Shown: positions 51,001 through 62,764 of the stretch, in pieces
How positions within the stretch are numbered: position 1 is the stretch's first letter
Layout: each line of letters begins with the position of its first letter
NCBI GenBank assembly: GCA_951406725.2
Contig: OX597835.1
Location: 42,718,001 to 42,782,000 of the forward strand
Direction of reading: 5' to 3'
DNA from: Octopus vulgaris
Taxonomy: Eukaryota
Length of the DNA: 64,000 nt
Notes under the pieces: generated by a model
Seen by the model: the letters and a program-made list of their open reading frames with translations, nothing else
What the model was told of the DNA's origin: nothing
Databases searched by the model: none
Made by a program: the position numbers and the translations under genes

Positions 51001-53355
51001 GTAAAAGGGCAATGTATATCATTAGAAGGGCAGTGTATATTATTAGAAGGGCAGTGTATATTATTAAGAAGGACAATATATTTTATTAGAAAGCAGATTA
51101 TATTATTAGTAAGGACAGTGTGTATTAGTAAAAGGGCAGTGTATATTATTAGAAGGGCAGTGTATATTATTAGAAGGGCAGTGTATATTATTAAGAAGGA
51201 CAATATATTTTATTAGAAGGCAGATTATATTATTAGAAGGACAGTGTGTATTAGTAAAAGGGCAGTGTATATTATTAGAAGGGCAGTGTATATTATTAGA
51301 AGGGCAGTGTATATTATTAAGAAGGACAATATATTTTATTAGAAAGCAGATTATATTATTAGAAGGACAGTGTGTATTAGTAAAAGGGCAATGTATATTA
51401 TTAGAAGGGCAGTGTATATTATTAGAAGGGCAGTGTATATTATTAAGAAGGACAATATATTTTATTAGAAAGCAGATTATATTATTAGAAGGACAGTGTG
51501 TATTAGTAAAAGGGCAGTGTATATTATTAGAAGGGCAGTGTATATTATTAAAAGGGCAGTGTATATTATTAAGAAGGACAATATATTTTATTAGAAGGCA
51601 GATTATATTATTAGAAGGACAGTGTGTATTAGTAAAGGGCAGTGTATATTAAGAAGGGCAGTGTATATTATTAGAAGGGCAGTGTATATTATTAAGAAGG
51701 ACAATATATTTTATTAGAAAGCAGATTATATTATTAGAAGGACAGTGTGTATTAGTAAAAGGGCAGTGTATATTATTAGAAGGACAGTGTGTATTAGTAA
51801 AAGGGCAGTGTATATTATTAGAAGGGCAGTGTATATTATTAGAAGGGCAGTGTATATTATTAAGAAGGACAATATATTTTATTAGAAGGCAGATTATATT
51901 ATTAGAAGGGCAGTGTATATTATTAGAAGGGCAGTGTATATTATTAAGAAGGACAATATATTTTATTAGAAGGGCAGTGTATATTATTAGAAGGGCAGTG
52001 TATATTATTAGAAGGGCAGTGTATATTATTAAGAAGGACAATATATTTTATTAGAAAGCAGATTATATTATTAGAAGGACAGTGTGTATTAGTAAAAGGG
52101 CAGTGTATATTATTAGAAGGGCAGTGTATATTATTAAGAAGGGCAGTGTATATTATTAAGAAGGACAATATATTTTATTAGAAAGCAGATTATATTATTA
52201 GAAGGACAGTGTGTATTAGTAAAAGGGCAGTGTATATTATTAGAAGGGCAGTGTATATTATTAGAAGGGCAGTGTATATTATTAAGAAGGACAATATATT
52301 TTATTAGAAAGCAGATTATATTATTAGAAGGACAGTGTATATTATTAAAAGTGCAGTGTTTATTATTAGAAGGGCAGTGTATATTATTAGATGGGTGGTG
52401 TGTATTATTAAGAAGGACAATATATTTTATTAGAAGGCAGATTATATTATTAGAAGGACAGTGTGTATTAGTAAAAGGGCAGTGTATATAATTAGAAGGG
52501 CAGTGTATATTATTAGAAGGGCAGTGTATATTATTAAGAAGGACAATATATTTTATTAGAAAGCAGATTATATTATTAGAAGGACAGTGTGTATTAGTAA
52601 AAGGGCAGTGTATATTATTAGAAGGGCAGTGTATATTATTAGAAGGGCAGTGTATATTATTAAGAAGGACAATATATTTTATTAGAAAGCAGATTATATT
52701 ATTAGAAGGACAGTGTGTATTAGTAAAAGGGCAGTGTATATTATTAGAAGGGCAGTGTATATTATTAGAAGGGCAGTGTATATTATTAAGAAGGACAATA
52801 TATTTTATTAGAAAGCAGATTATATTATTAGAAGGACAGTGTGTATTAGTAAAAGGGCAGTGTATATTATTAGAAGGGCAGTGTATATTATTAGAAGGGC
52901 AGTGTATATTATTAAGAAGGACAATATATTTTATTAGAAAGCAGATTATATTATTAGAAGGACAGTGTGTATTAGTAAAAGGGCAGTGTATATTATTAGA
53001 AGGGCAGTGTATAATTATTAAGAAGGACAATATATTTTATTAGAAAGCAGATTATATTATTAGAAGGACAGTGTGTATTAGTAAAAGGGCAGTGTATATC
53101 ATTAAAAGTGCAGTGTTTATTATTAGAAGGGCAGTGTATATTATTAGATGGGTGGTGTGTATTATTAGAAGTGCAGTGTATATTATTAAAAGTGCAGTGT
53201 TTATTATTAGAAGGGCAGTGTATATTATTAGATGGGTGGTGTGTATTATTAGAAGTGCAGTGTATATTATTAAAAGTGCAGTGTATATTATTAGAAGTGC
53301 AGTGTTTATTATTAGAAGGGCAGTGTATATTATTAAAAGTGCAGTGTATATTATT
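48050..53355. repeat. 5.3-kb minisatellite, ~21-bp monomer (agaagggcagtgtatattatt) in 105/126-bp higher-order repeats
   Basis: Five monomer variants recur in fixed order, with a variable number of the basic monomer per unit. Confidence 0.97.
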
Positions 53356-53825
53356 ACATATATACATATATGCACGCATGTATACATGCTTACAGTGGGG
53401 GGGAAATAAATATTCGTACATGTCAAAATTCTTTATTTATTTAATTTTTAATGAAAATAAATGGGATATACCTATACTATATTTGCATACACGTGCATAA
53501 ACTAAGAATATGCAAAAGAAACTAATAAATTATAGTAACTAAGGAATTTATATACAATTATAAATATTTAGGGGTGAAAAAAGTATAGGTGATTGGCTGC
53601 TATATAGTTTCCATCAACCAAGTTCAGGCACAAGGTATTTATTGGTCTGGGATTATTGTTGAAGACTTGCCCGAGGTGCTGCGTAGTAAGACAGAACCCA
53701 AAACCCCGTGCTTGCACCGCAGGTTTCTTAACCATGGCTATGCCGGGCACTATGCGTTCCCTTCCCTATAGCTTTTAATATTCACTATGATCTGTTCTTA
53801 ATACACAAACCTTAATTGTAAATTG

Positions 53826-53952
53826 TAATTGCCAACCAGGTGTGGCAGGCCCATAGAGGACGATGCTACTGTTGTTTTTATCCTCTGGTGGAGGGGCTAA
53901 AAGCAACAGTAGAATTGCCCTCTATGCGACCACCACACCTAGTTGGCAATTA
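53826..53952. repeat. ~127-bp imperfect hairpin (MITE-like)
   Basis: taattgccaaccaggtgtgg...ccacacctagttggcaatta, paired almost to the centre. Confidence 0.8.
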
Positions 53953-54012
53953 TATTTTACGATTCCATACTGCTACTGTTTACTTCTTGCTCAGAGATTT
54001 ATTATTGTTTAC

Positions 54013-54104
54013 CTTAATTCTTTTTTTGTAATTGGTTGTAGTTTCTGCTTGAGTAATAGTTCTGTAACAGCTTGTGGATATTTACTGGTTTTATGTCTGG
54101 TCAA
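54013..54104 (-). CDS. Host gene exon 7: LTRHKTSKYPQAVTELLLKQKLQPITKKEL
   Basis: ttcaaag acceptor, AAG|GTAAAC donor; 92 nt gives the phase 0 to 2 change required by exon 8. Confidence 0.8.
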
Positions 54105-54936
54105 CTTTGAAGTAAACAACAGATTTAATAAGCATCAAGGAAATAGATGAAAATTAACATAGGAACTTTTACAAGTGGCTGAGCATTCCACAGACACATG
54201 CACCCTTAACATATTTCTCAAGGAGATTCAATTACGATGATGTTTGTTCTTTCTCGATCCATCCCTGGCTCATGAGGGCCAGTTTCCCGGTTTCATTGGT
54301 GTATGGGTTCCCCACCTGGAGGGAATGCTGGTCTGTCGCAGGTGAGCTGCAAGATGCAGGAGGAAAGAGTGAGAAAAAGTTGTGGCGAAAGAGTCAGTAG
54401 AGGTTTGCCATTACCTTCTGTTGGAGCCGCGTGGGACTGAAGTGTTTCACTCATAAACACACACATTGCCAGGTCTGAGATTCGAACCTGTGATCCCTCG
54501 ACTGCGAGTCCGATGCTCTAACCACTAGGCCATATGCCTCCACAATTATGATGATGTGGGTTCCTATTGATCTGGTCAACAGAATGGCCTACTTGTGAAA
54601 TTAACATACAAGTGGCTGAGCCCTCCACAGACACATGTACCCTTAACATAGTTCTCAAAAAGATTCAGGGTGACACAGAATGTGACAAGGTTGGCCCCTT
54701 TGAAATTACCGGTACTATTCATTGTTGCAAGCTGAGTAGATTAAAGCAACATGAAATAAAGTGTCTTGCTCAAGAACACAACACACTGCCAGGAATCGAA
54801 CTTGGGACCTTATGAATGTGAGCTGATTATCCCTAACCACTAAGCTACACACCTTCAGGGAATTAAGTGCAAATAACATCTAAAAACAAAAGAAATATTT
54901 GCTGATTGAATAATGAAGAACGTTGAATTATCTTAC

Positions 54937-55074
54937 CTCGCGAAGTGCTTCTTGGAGTTCTGTACCTAATTCAGCTGTCGGCTGAGGAGTTGAAGCTTGC
55001 TCTTCAGTCGTTGTTTTGAAACTTAAGTTCCTACTATACCTGCGGAGTCTTGTGGGGATAACTTCCATTGGTGG
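54937..55074 (-). CDS. Host gene exon 6: PPMEVIPTRLRRYSRNLSFK...LQEALRE
   Basis: ttttccctacag acceptor, GAG|GTAAGA donor, 138 nt open, phase 0/0. Confidence 0.88.
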
Positions 55075-55235
55075 CTGTAGGGAAAACAATGAAATTGTGT
55101 TATATGGAATATTCTGGTAAATCTTTCTTCTCTTCTCTACAAACCTTTTATGATTGTACTGATTACTTTTTTTGACATAACCTTATCCAGTTAGCATCTC
55201 TCTCTCTGTTTGTATCTCTAACTATTTATCTTTTT

Positions 55236-55236
<1 letters not shown>

Positions 55237-55279
<43 letters not shown>

Positions 55280-55300
55280 ATCTATCTATCTATCTATCTA

Positions 55301-55393
<93 letters not shown>

Positions 55394-55463
55394 ATCTATC
55401 TATCTATCTATCTATCTAATCTATCTATCTATCTATCTATCTAATCTATCTATCTATCTATCA

Positions 55464-55494
<31 letters not shown>

Positions 55495-55600
55495 CATCCA
55501 TCCATCCATCCATCTTTCTATCTGTCTGTTTATCTGTTTGTCTATCTATCTATCCATCCATCCATCCATCCATCCATCCATCCATCCATCTATCTATCTA
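55237..55600. repeat. (CTAT)n/(CCAT)n microsatellite
   Basis: Direct inspection. Confidence 0.95.
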
Positions 55601-55856
55601 TTTATCTGTCAGTCGGTATGTCTGTCTCTCTACGCATGGGCAATGGTCAGATGTAGCTTTACTCGGTCTCAAGTGAACACCCATCATCCTATAGAATTAA
55701 GAGTCTTCAGTGTCTGTCTTCTGTCTGTTTGTGTACTCAATATATCTCTTTTACTCTTTTACTTGTTTCAGTCATTTGACTGTGGCCATGCTGGAGCACC
55801 GCCTTTAGCCGAGCAAATCGACCCCAGGACTTATTCTTTGTAAGCCTAGTACTTAC

Positions 55857-56003
55857 CTTATTGGTCTCGCTCAAATTTTGTTCCTCTGGAATTTTTACCG
55901 TTTTACTTTTTATCTTCAGCAGTTCAAAGTTTTTCTTAGAATTTGCAGTTGAAAGTGCTAGTCTCCTAGTGCGCTTCTTGTCTTTCTTTCGCATGTACAC
56001 GTG
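55857..56003 (-). CDS. Host gene exon 5: HVYMRKKDKKRTRRL...NLSETNK
   Basis: ctgcag acceptor, AAG|GTAAGT donor, 147 nt, phase 0/0. Confidence 0.85.
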
Positions 56004-56768
56004 CTGCAGTTATCAAAACAATATAAATAAATAATTAGTTGATTGATTATTTTAAGACCGGTTGAAATACATTTGAGGGAAATTTTAATGCATAAAAAGC
56101 TTTTCACTGCAGTTTGCCTATAGCAAAAAATATTCTCACTTAAGACTTGGTGATGGTGCCAAGTAAAAAGCACCCAGAACACACTGTAAAGTGGTTGGCA
56201 TTAAGAGGGGCATCCAGCCATAGAAACCAAACCAAAACAGACTATGGAACCTAATACAGCCCCTGGCCTTTCCAGTTCTTGTCAAGCCATCCAACCATGT
56301 CAGCATGGAAAATGGATGGTAAATATTGATGATGATGATGATGTTGAAAGCTAAAAGGTGTTAGAAGACCATAGTCAACTCAGAGCCCTCTATTGATGCA
56401 TGCTGGTATATGCATGCATTCAAACTCTTAGTTCTCCTCAGTACCAGATAGCAAGGGAGATAACTCTGACGTGGCTAGGAAGCAGAGTTTTTATAATAAG
56501 AAATTAGCCACTGGTTTCTTTTAGTATTTGATGTCCCTAACAGTGAAAGTTAAAACAATCTTTTGTCCAACAGAGGGCGCTCTGATCTGCCTATGGTGTT
56601 TTTACACCTTTCTGTATTAAGCGATAATTTTTTATCAATGACAAAATACAGTGAAATACTTTTTATTGATAAAAATGACCCTCAAACGTATTTGAATTGG
56701 TCTTCAGTTTATTTACTTCCAGACACTGCTTTGCGCATCAACTAATGAATTACATTGCATTAAATTAC

Positions 56769-56883
56769 TTTAAATATATGGTGCTTATGAAATATTAATC
56801 CATGAAGCAGATGACTTGAATGTTGTCTTCTCATTCGTTCTTTTGGTAGGACAAAATGTAGACCATGCATGCCAGTAAATAGG
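56769..56883 (-). CDS. Host gene exon 4 (tentative): LFTGMHGLHFVLPKERMRRQHSSHLLHGLIFHKHHIFK
   Basis: ttttaattag acceptor, AAA|GTAATT donor; open entering in phase 2 (phase-0 entry hits a stop); exits phase 0 as the next exon needs. Confidence 0.55.
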
Positions 56884-57354
56884 CTAATTAAAATAAAAAT
56901 CATCATTTTACGTCTGTTTTCCATGCTGGCATGGGTTGGACAGTTTGAATGAAAATTATTGAGCCGGGCGGGGATCTGCACTGGTTTTGATCTGATTTGA
57001 CAAGGTTTCTACGGCTGGATGCCCTTCCTAGCACCAAGAGAGCAGTAGGTGTCTTTTACATGCCACTGGCCATGGGTGCCTTTGACCTGACACCGGCATC
57101 GGCCATGACTATGGTCTCACTTGGCTTGACAGGTCTATGTAGGTTTGGTGTAACACCAAACGTCTTGGTCACCTGTCACTGCCTCCATGAGGCCCGACGA
57201 TGCTTTTCACGCGCCACTAGCATGAGTGCCAGTGAGGCAGCACTGGCATCAGCCATGACTACGATTTCACTCAGTTTGATGGATTTTCACAAACACAGCT
57301 TAATGCCAAATGTTTGAAGGGTGCTTTTAACAAACCAGTTATGTGACACTGGTG

Positions 57355-58360
57355 TACCAGTTACACACTAGGGTCGATATAATCGACTTAATCCATTTGT
57401 CTGTCTTTGTTTCCCCCCCCCCTGTGTGTACCCACTTGTGGACAGTAAAGAAATAAGTAACATTAGCACACCAGATGAAATGCTTAATGGTATTTTGCGG
57501 TGAACTGGCAGAAACGTTAGCACGCCGGGCGAAATGCTTAGCGGTATTTCATCTGCCGTTACGTTGTGAGTTCAAATTCCGCCGAGGTCAACTTTGCCTT
57601 TCATCCTTTCAGGGTCGATAAATTAAGCACCAGTTACGCACTGGGGTCGATGTAATCGACTTAATACCTATGTCTGTCCCCTCTATGTTTAGCCCCTTGT
57701 GGGTAGTAAAGAAATAGGTATTTTGCGGTGAACTGGCAGAAACGTTAGCACGCCGGGCCAAATGCGTAGCCGTACTTCGTCCCCCACTACGTTCTGAGTT
57801 CAAATTTCGCCGAGGTCGACATTGCCTTTCATCCTTTCGGGGTCGATTAAATAAGTACCAGTTATGCTCTGGGGTCGATATAATCGACTTAATCCCTTTG
57901 TCTGTCCTTGTTTGTCCACTCTGTGTTTAGCCCCTTGTGGGTAGTAAAGAAATAGGTATTTTGCGGTGAACTGGCAGAAACGTTAGCACGCCGGGCCAAA
58001 TGCGTAGCCGTACTTCGTCCCCCACTACGTTCTGAGTTCAAATTTCGCCGAGGTCGACATTGCCTTTCATCCTTTCGGGGTCGATTAAATAAGTACCAGT
58101 TATGCTCTGGGGTCGATATAATCGACTTAATCCCTTTGTCTGTCCTTGTTTGTCCACTCTGTGTTTAGCCCCTTGTGGGTAGTAAAGAAATAGGTATTTT
58201 GTCTGTCTTTATGTTCTGAGTTCAAATTCCACCAAGGTCGACTTCGCCTTTCATCCTTTCGGAGTCGATAAATTAAATACCAGTTGTGTACTGGAGTCAA
58301 TCTAATCGACTGGCCCACACTCCCTAAAAATTTCAGGCCTTGTGCCTAGAGTAGAAAAGA
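57355..58360 (+). mobile_element. Head-to-tail nest of SINE C copies
   Basis: gcggtgaactggcagaaacgttagcacg repeated at about 57497, 57725 and 57963. Confidence 0.9.
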
Positions 58361-58767
58361 ATATTTTTCTCCCCACACATTTATGCTGTTAAAAAATTTT
58401 GAAAATTTATGGTTTTTCTACCCCACTGCCTGCTTAACTCATTGTTTCTGTTTATAATTTAAAATATAGGAGAGACGGAGACGGTCATTGCTGGGATTTA
58501 TTTATCCACTGATTTAAAAAAAAAAGTTTGTGAAACATAATTTATTTTAATACTCTTTGTTTCAGTCATTTGACTGTGGCCATGCTGGAGCACCGCCTTT
58601 AGTCAAGCAAATCGACCCCAGGACTTATTCTTTGCAAGTCTAGTACTTATTCTATCAGTCACTTTTGCCGAACCGCTAAGTTACACACTAGCATCGGTGG
58701 TCAAGCGATATTGGGGTGAGGGGACAAACACAGACACACAAACATATACACATACACATACCTTCAT

Positions 58768-58800
<33 letters not shown>

Positions 58801-58926
58801 AATTATATTAGAGATAAAACCACTATTAGGCAAATCAAACAGTGAAAAATATAAACCAAAACATATACTGTGAAATTTGATTTAATCCTAAATCTAATTT
58901 TTCCCTGTAAGTTTGGATTTACTCCC

Positions 58927-59033
<107 letters not shown>

Positions 59034-59243
59034 CACACACACACACATATCTATGATGGGCTTCTTTTCAGTTTCCGTCTACCAAATCCCCTCACAAGGC
59101 TTTAGTCGGCCCGAGGCTATAGTAGAAGACACTTGCCCAAGGTGGCACACAGTGGGACTGAACTCAGGATCATGTGGTTCGTAAGGAAGCTACTTACCAC
59201 TCCTACACCTAATACCATATTTTCCTGTGAGTAACTATGATAT

Positions 59244-59280
<37 letters not shown>

Positions 59281-59757
59281 TGATCTCATTTGGCTTATTG
59301 GGGGAGGGGTAAAAATTTAAATTACAAAATTTTTTTATGGTTGCTTACATGCTAATTCTGCATCATAATTCCATAAAATGTGTTTATGGGGAGAAAAATA
59401 TTGAAAAACATCAGTAAATGTGAGAGCAATAAAGAAACAAGGCATGTGGTTGTGGGATGTGCTAGAAAAAACAACCAAATCTCCTTTAAATCTCACATGT
59501 TTTCCTTTGAAAATATTTTTTTTTCAATGAAAAGGCTTCTCCCATGGTTTTTAAGTATATAGTACCAAAAAAATTGGCCAAAATTGGTCAAGAGTAGAGG
59601 GGTGAGTGGGTGAGAGGACATGGGTGGGGGTGAAAACCATAAATTTAATATATTTTTTTCTTAATAAGATGCCTTCCCCACCACACAAATCATTTTGAAG
59701 ACTGTGGTAAAAAAAAACTGGGAGAATCATTGTCAAAACAGAGAAAATCCAACTTAT

Positions 59758-59957
59758 GTAAATATCCTGATCCAAAACTCCCACACCATTTTAATACCAA
59801 CCAGTCTGAGATTTCCTTGAATTCTTTGATTCAAACTTCCTGTTTTGAAGTGATTTGGATTAAGACATTTTCCCTCAGACATCAGTGTTAATTGATGTGG
59901 ATTAATGTTCAAAACAGCAGTATATTCTACCAAAATCTGAATAAGTTCCTGAATCAA
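59758..59957 (-). CDS. Host gene exon 3: LIQELIQILVEYTAVLNINPHQ...; 3' end uncertain (59802 with GTTGGT donor or 59758 with non-canonical ATAAGT)
   Basis: catttcag acceptor, phase 0, open 67 codons; donor ambiguous (see findings). Confidence 0.7.
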
Positions 59958-60199
59958 CTGAAATGAAGCCAGTATATTTCAAGAGAAATATGGTCAAAAA
60001 TAGCTGAACTTCTACTCATGACCATCCCTAATTTTGTGACACAAACGCCTTATTTTAAAATGATCCAAATCAAAACTCTCCATCAAAATTCTTTGTTCAT
60101 TTATATTCCAAACAAAGTTATTTTACTGAATTCTTCACCATTTTCAAAATTAATTGAAAGGAATTTTATGGATCAGCATATTTCAAAATAAATATATAA

Positions 60200-60880
60200 T
60201 AATAATAATGAAATTATTGTATACAGTGTTCAGGTGCACCACAACTTGTCAGAAAGTGCGTATAAAGTACATGCAGTAATGTACAAATGTCTGGAAAGCG
60301 AACAATGTATGAGTCAGATACATGCTTGTGTGTGTATGGAGGGGAGAAAATTGGGTGTAGTGTTGGCGAATCTCAGGAAGCATGGAAGTTTTGAAGGATG
60401 CAGTGCTCCGACAACTAACAACTGATGCCAGCAGTTTGTTCCATGCTTCAGCAACTCTCAGAGTGAAAAAATGTTTCCTAAAGTCATGGGAGCTGTGCTG
60501 TTTTCTGACTTTGTAAATATGTCCACAGGTGTTTGACAGGTGAAGTTTGAAAAGGTGCTCAGAGTTATTGTTTGTGCGATGGTTGATAATTTTATGGGTG
60601 TCTGCCAAGTCAGCTGCCAGACGTCGGAGTTTCAATGTGTCCATGCCCAGAGAAGTAAGGCGTTCAGAATATGGCAAATGCCTGATGGAGGGTATTCTTT
60701 TGGTTGCACGTCGCTGAACAGCTTCCAGACAATTGATATCCTGGGCAAGATAGGGGCTCCAGACCAGTGATGCAAATTCCAGGTGGGGTCTTACCATAGC
60801 TATATAAAGCCGCAGATAGATAGCCGGAGAGTGGCTCACAAAGGATTTGGTGAGTGATGCCAAGACACCCTCAGCCTTCT
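60200..60880 (-). mobile_element. CR1-clade LINE 3' fragment
   Basis: VRPHLEFAS.VWSP, LEAVQRRATK, YSERL, FFTLRVAEAWNKL (ORF 60249..60863). Confidence 0.88.
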
Positions 60881-61027
60881 GGTGACAAAAGGTTTAAAAC
60901 AGAAAGTTTGCATCATAGAAGTAGAAGTAGTCTAAGGTAGATTGGTATCAAAAGAATCAAAGACATTTTCTGGAATTAAACAGCATAGAATTTGGAAGAC
61001 TGAATGTAATGAATTTAGATATCTTAC

Positions 61028-61315
61028 CTTTCCTGGTGCTGCTGGAAAGCCTAGAGATTTGTAATATTTTTTGGAGTGTTTCACATCCAGTATAATGCCA
61101 TGTTGATTTAACCTATTTTCACCAGTGAATGATTGGCAAGCTGATGACTGTTTTTTATGATGCTTGGGATACTGTAGGTTCTCGATTCGAAATTGATTCA
61201 CAAAGCCTTTGCCAATTAAAGGTTCATTCAATTCCACCAGTGGAACTACTGGTGAGTATATACGGAAATTTGGTAGCCTATTGTAGCCATGATACTTTCT
61301 TTCAAGAGACACAGG
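61028..61315 (-). CDS. Host gene exon 2: PVSLERKYHGYNRLPNFRIYSP...LGFPAAPGK
   Basis: ttgtag acceptor, AAG|GTAAGA donor, 288 nt open, phase 0/0; inside ORF 60932..61312. Confidence 0.85.
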
Positions 61316-61430
61316 CTACAATTAGCAAGAAAACAAAAAAAAGATAAATAAAAGTCAAAAAGCAATTAAAAAAACATTTAAACAATGTTGGGTGTATTAA
61401 ATATTCTTATATGTCTTCTGTTTTGCACTT

Positions 61431-61687
61431 GTTAAAGTCAGATTAAAATAGTACTCAATACAAGTGCAAAGCATTCATTAATTCACATATATATCTGTGT
61501 GTGTGTGTGTGTGTGTGTGGCAAGAGAGAGATAGAGTGGAGGAAGAAGGAGTGACTAGTTAAAGTCAGATTAAAATAGTACTCAATACTAGTCACTCCTT
61601 CCCCACTCTCCTTCTTCCCCCGCTCTATCTCTCTCTTGCCACACACACACACACACACACACAGATATATATGTGAATTAATGAATG
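61431..61687. repeat. Local duplication-inversion (A-B'-A-B)
   Basis: gttaaagtcagattaaaatagtactcaatac at 61431 and 61558; 61472-61558 is inverse to 61588-61687. Confidence 0.85.
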
Positions 61688-61700
61688 AGGAAGGACTTAC

Positions 61701-61773
61701 ATAGCCACTTTCTTTAGATGTGAGGACATTGAGGGCGAATGCAGGTGAATCCAGGTGACTGCAGGTAAGCAAG
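61701..61773 (-). CDS. Host gene exon 1 (first found in window): LLTCSHLDSPAFALNVLTSKESGY
   Basis: Long pyrimidine tract ending CAACAG; donor TAT|GTAAGT; ends phase 0, matching the next exon. Confidence 0.65.
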
Positions 61774-62299
61774 CTGTTGATGGTGAAGAATAAGACAGGA
61801 AGAGAAAAGCATATACAGGCTGGCCCACAAATCACTGAGGGATTGCGATTTTTGATAATTCTTTGATTTTTTTGACATTTCTCTTTTGTTTTCAGGAATT
61901 TTATGGATCAGGTCTTGGAAATTAATTACAGAAGAATATGGCACCACACGATGCACCTAAGTGGTGAAATTGTTCTATTAAATTCAGGAGTCAATTATTC
62001 AAAGCCGGAGAACATAGCATTGGCACTTTCAAGTGAGAGATGCCCCAAGTGAAAACACATTTAGGCACTTATTGCTGTACTGGTTTCAGTCATTTGACTG
62101 TGGCCATGCTGGAGCACCATCTTTAGTCAAACAAAGTGACCCCAGGACTTATTCTTTGTATGCCTTGTACTTATTCTACCGGCCTCTTTTGCCAAACCAC
62201 TTAGTTATGAGGATATAAAGACACCAATGTTGATTGTCAAGCAATGGTTGAGGGACAAACACAAACACACAAACTTATACATACATACATATATATATA

Positions 62300-62356
<57 letters not shown>

Positions 62357-62699
62357 GCATATATATGTATGTATACATATATATATATGTATGTGCATAT
62401 ATATGTATGTATACATACATATATATATATATATGTATGTGTGTGTATATGTTAGTGTGTCTGTGTTTGTCCCCCCAACATCGCTTGACAATCGATGCTG
62501 GTGTGTTTAGGTCCCCGTAACTTAGCAGTTCAGCAAAAGAGACCGATAGAATAAGTACTAGGCTTGCAAAGAATAAGTCCTGGGATTGATTTGCTCGACT
62601 AAAGGTGGTGCTCCAGCATGGCCACAGTCAAATGACTGAAACAAGTTAAAGAGTAAAGAGTATATATATATATGTATATATATGTGTGTATATATATAT

Positions 62700-62749
<50 letters not shown>

Positions 62750-62764
62750 ATATATATGTATGTA

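Noticed and set aside
48050-53355. CRISPR-like array (also considered for 3290-4463)
   Set aside because: No unique spacers; all units are variants of one monomer, in a eukaryotic context
48047-53426. 683-aa and other NNIHCPS ORFs as a real protein
   Set aside because: Product of a 21-bp minisatellite; no splice signals, and exons 7 and 8 join in phase without it
59349-59461. Candidate exon to resolve the exon 3-4 phase
   Set aside because: Open only phase 2 to 1, which does not solve the junction; the acceptor lies in sequence resembling a repeat also seen at 41250
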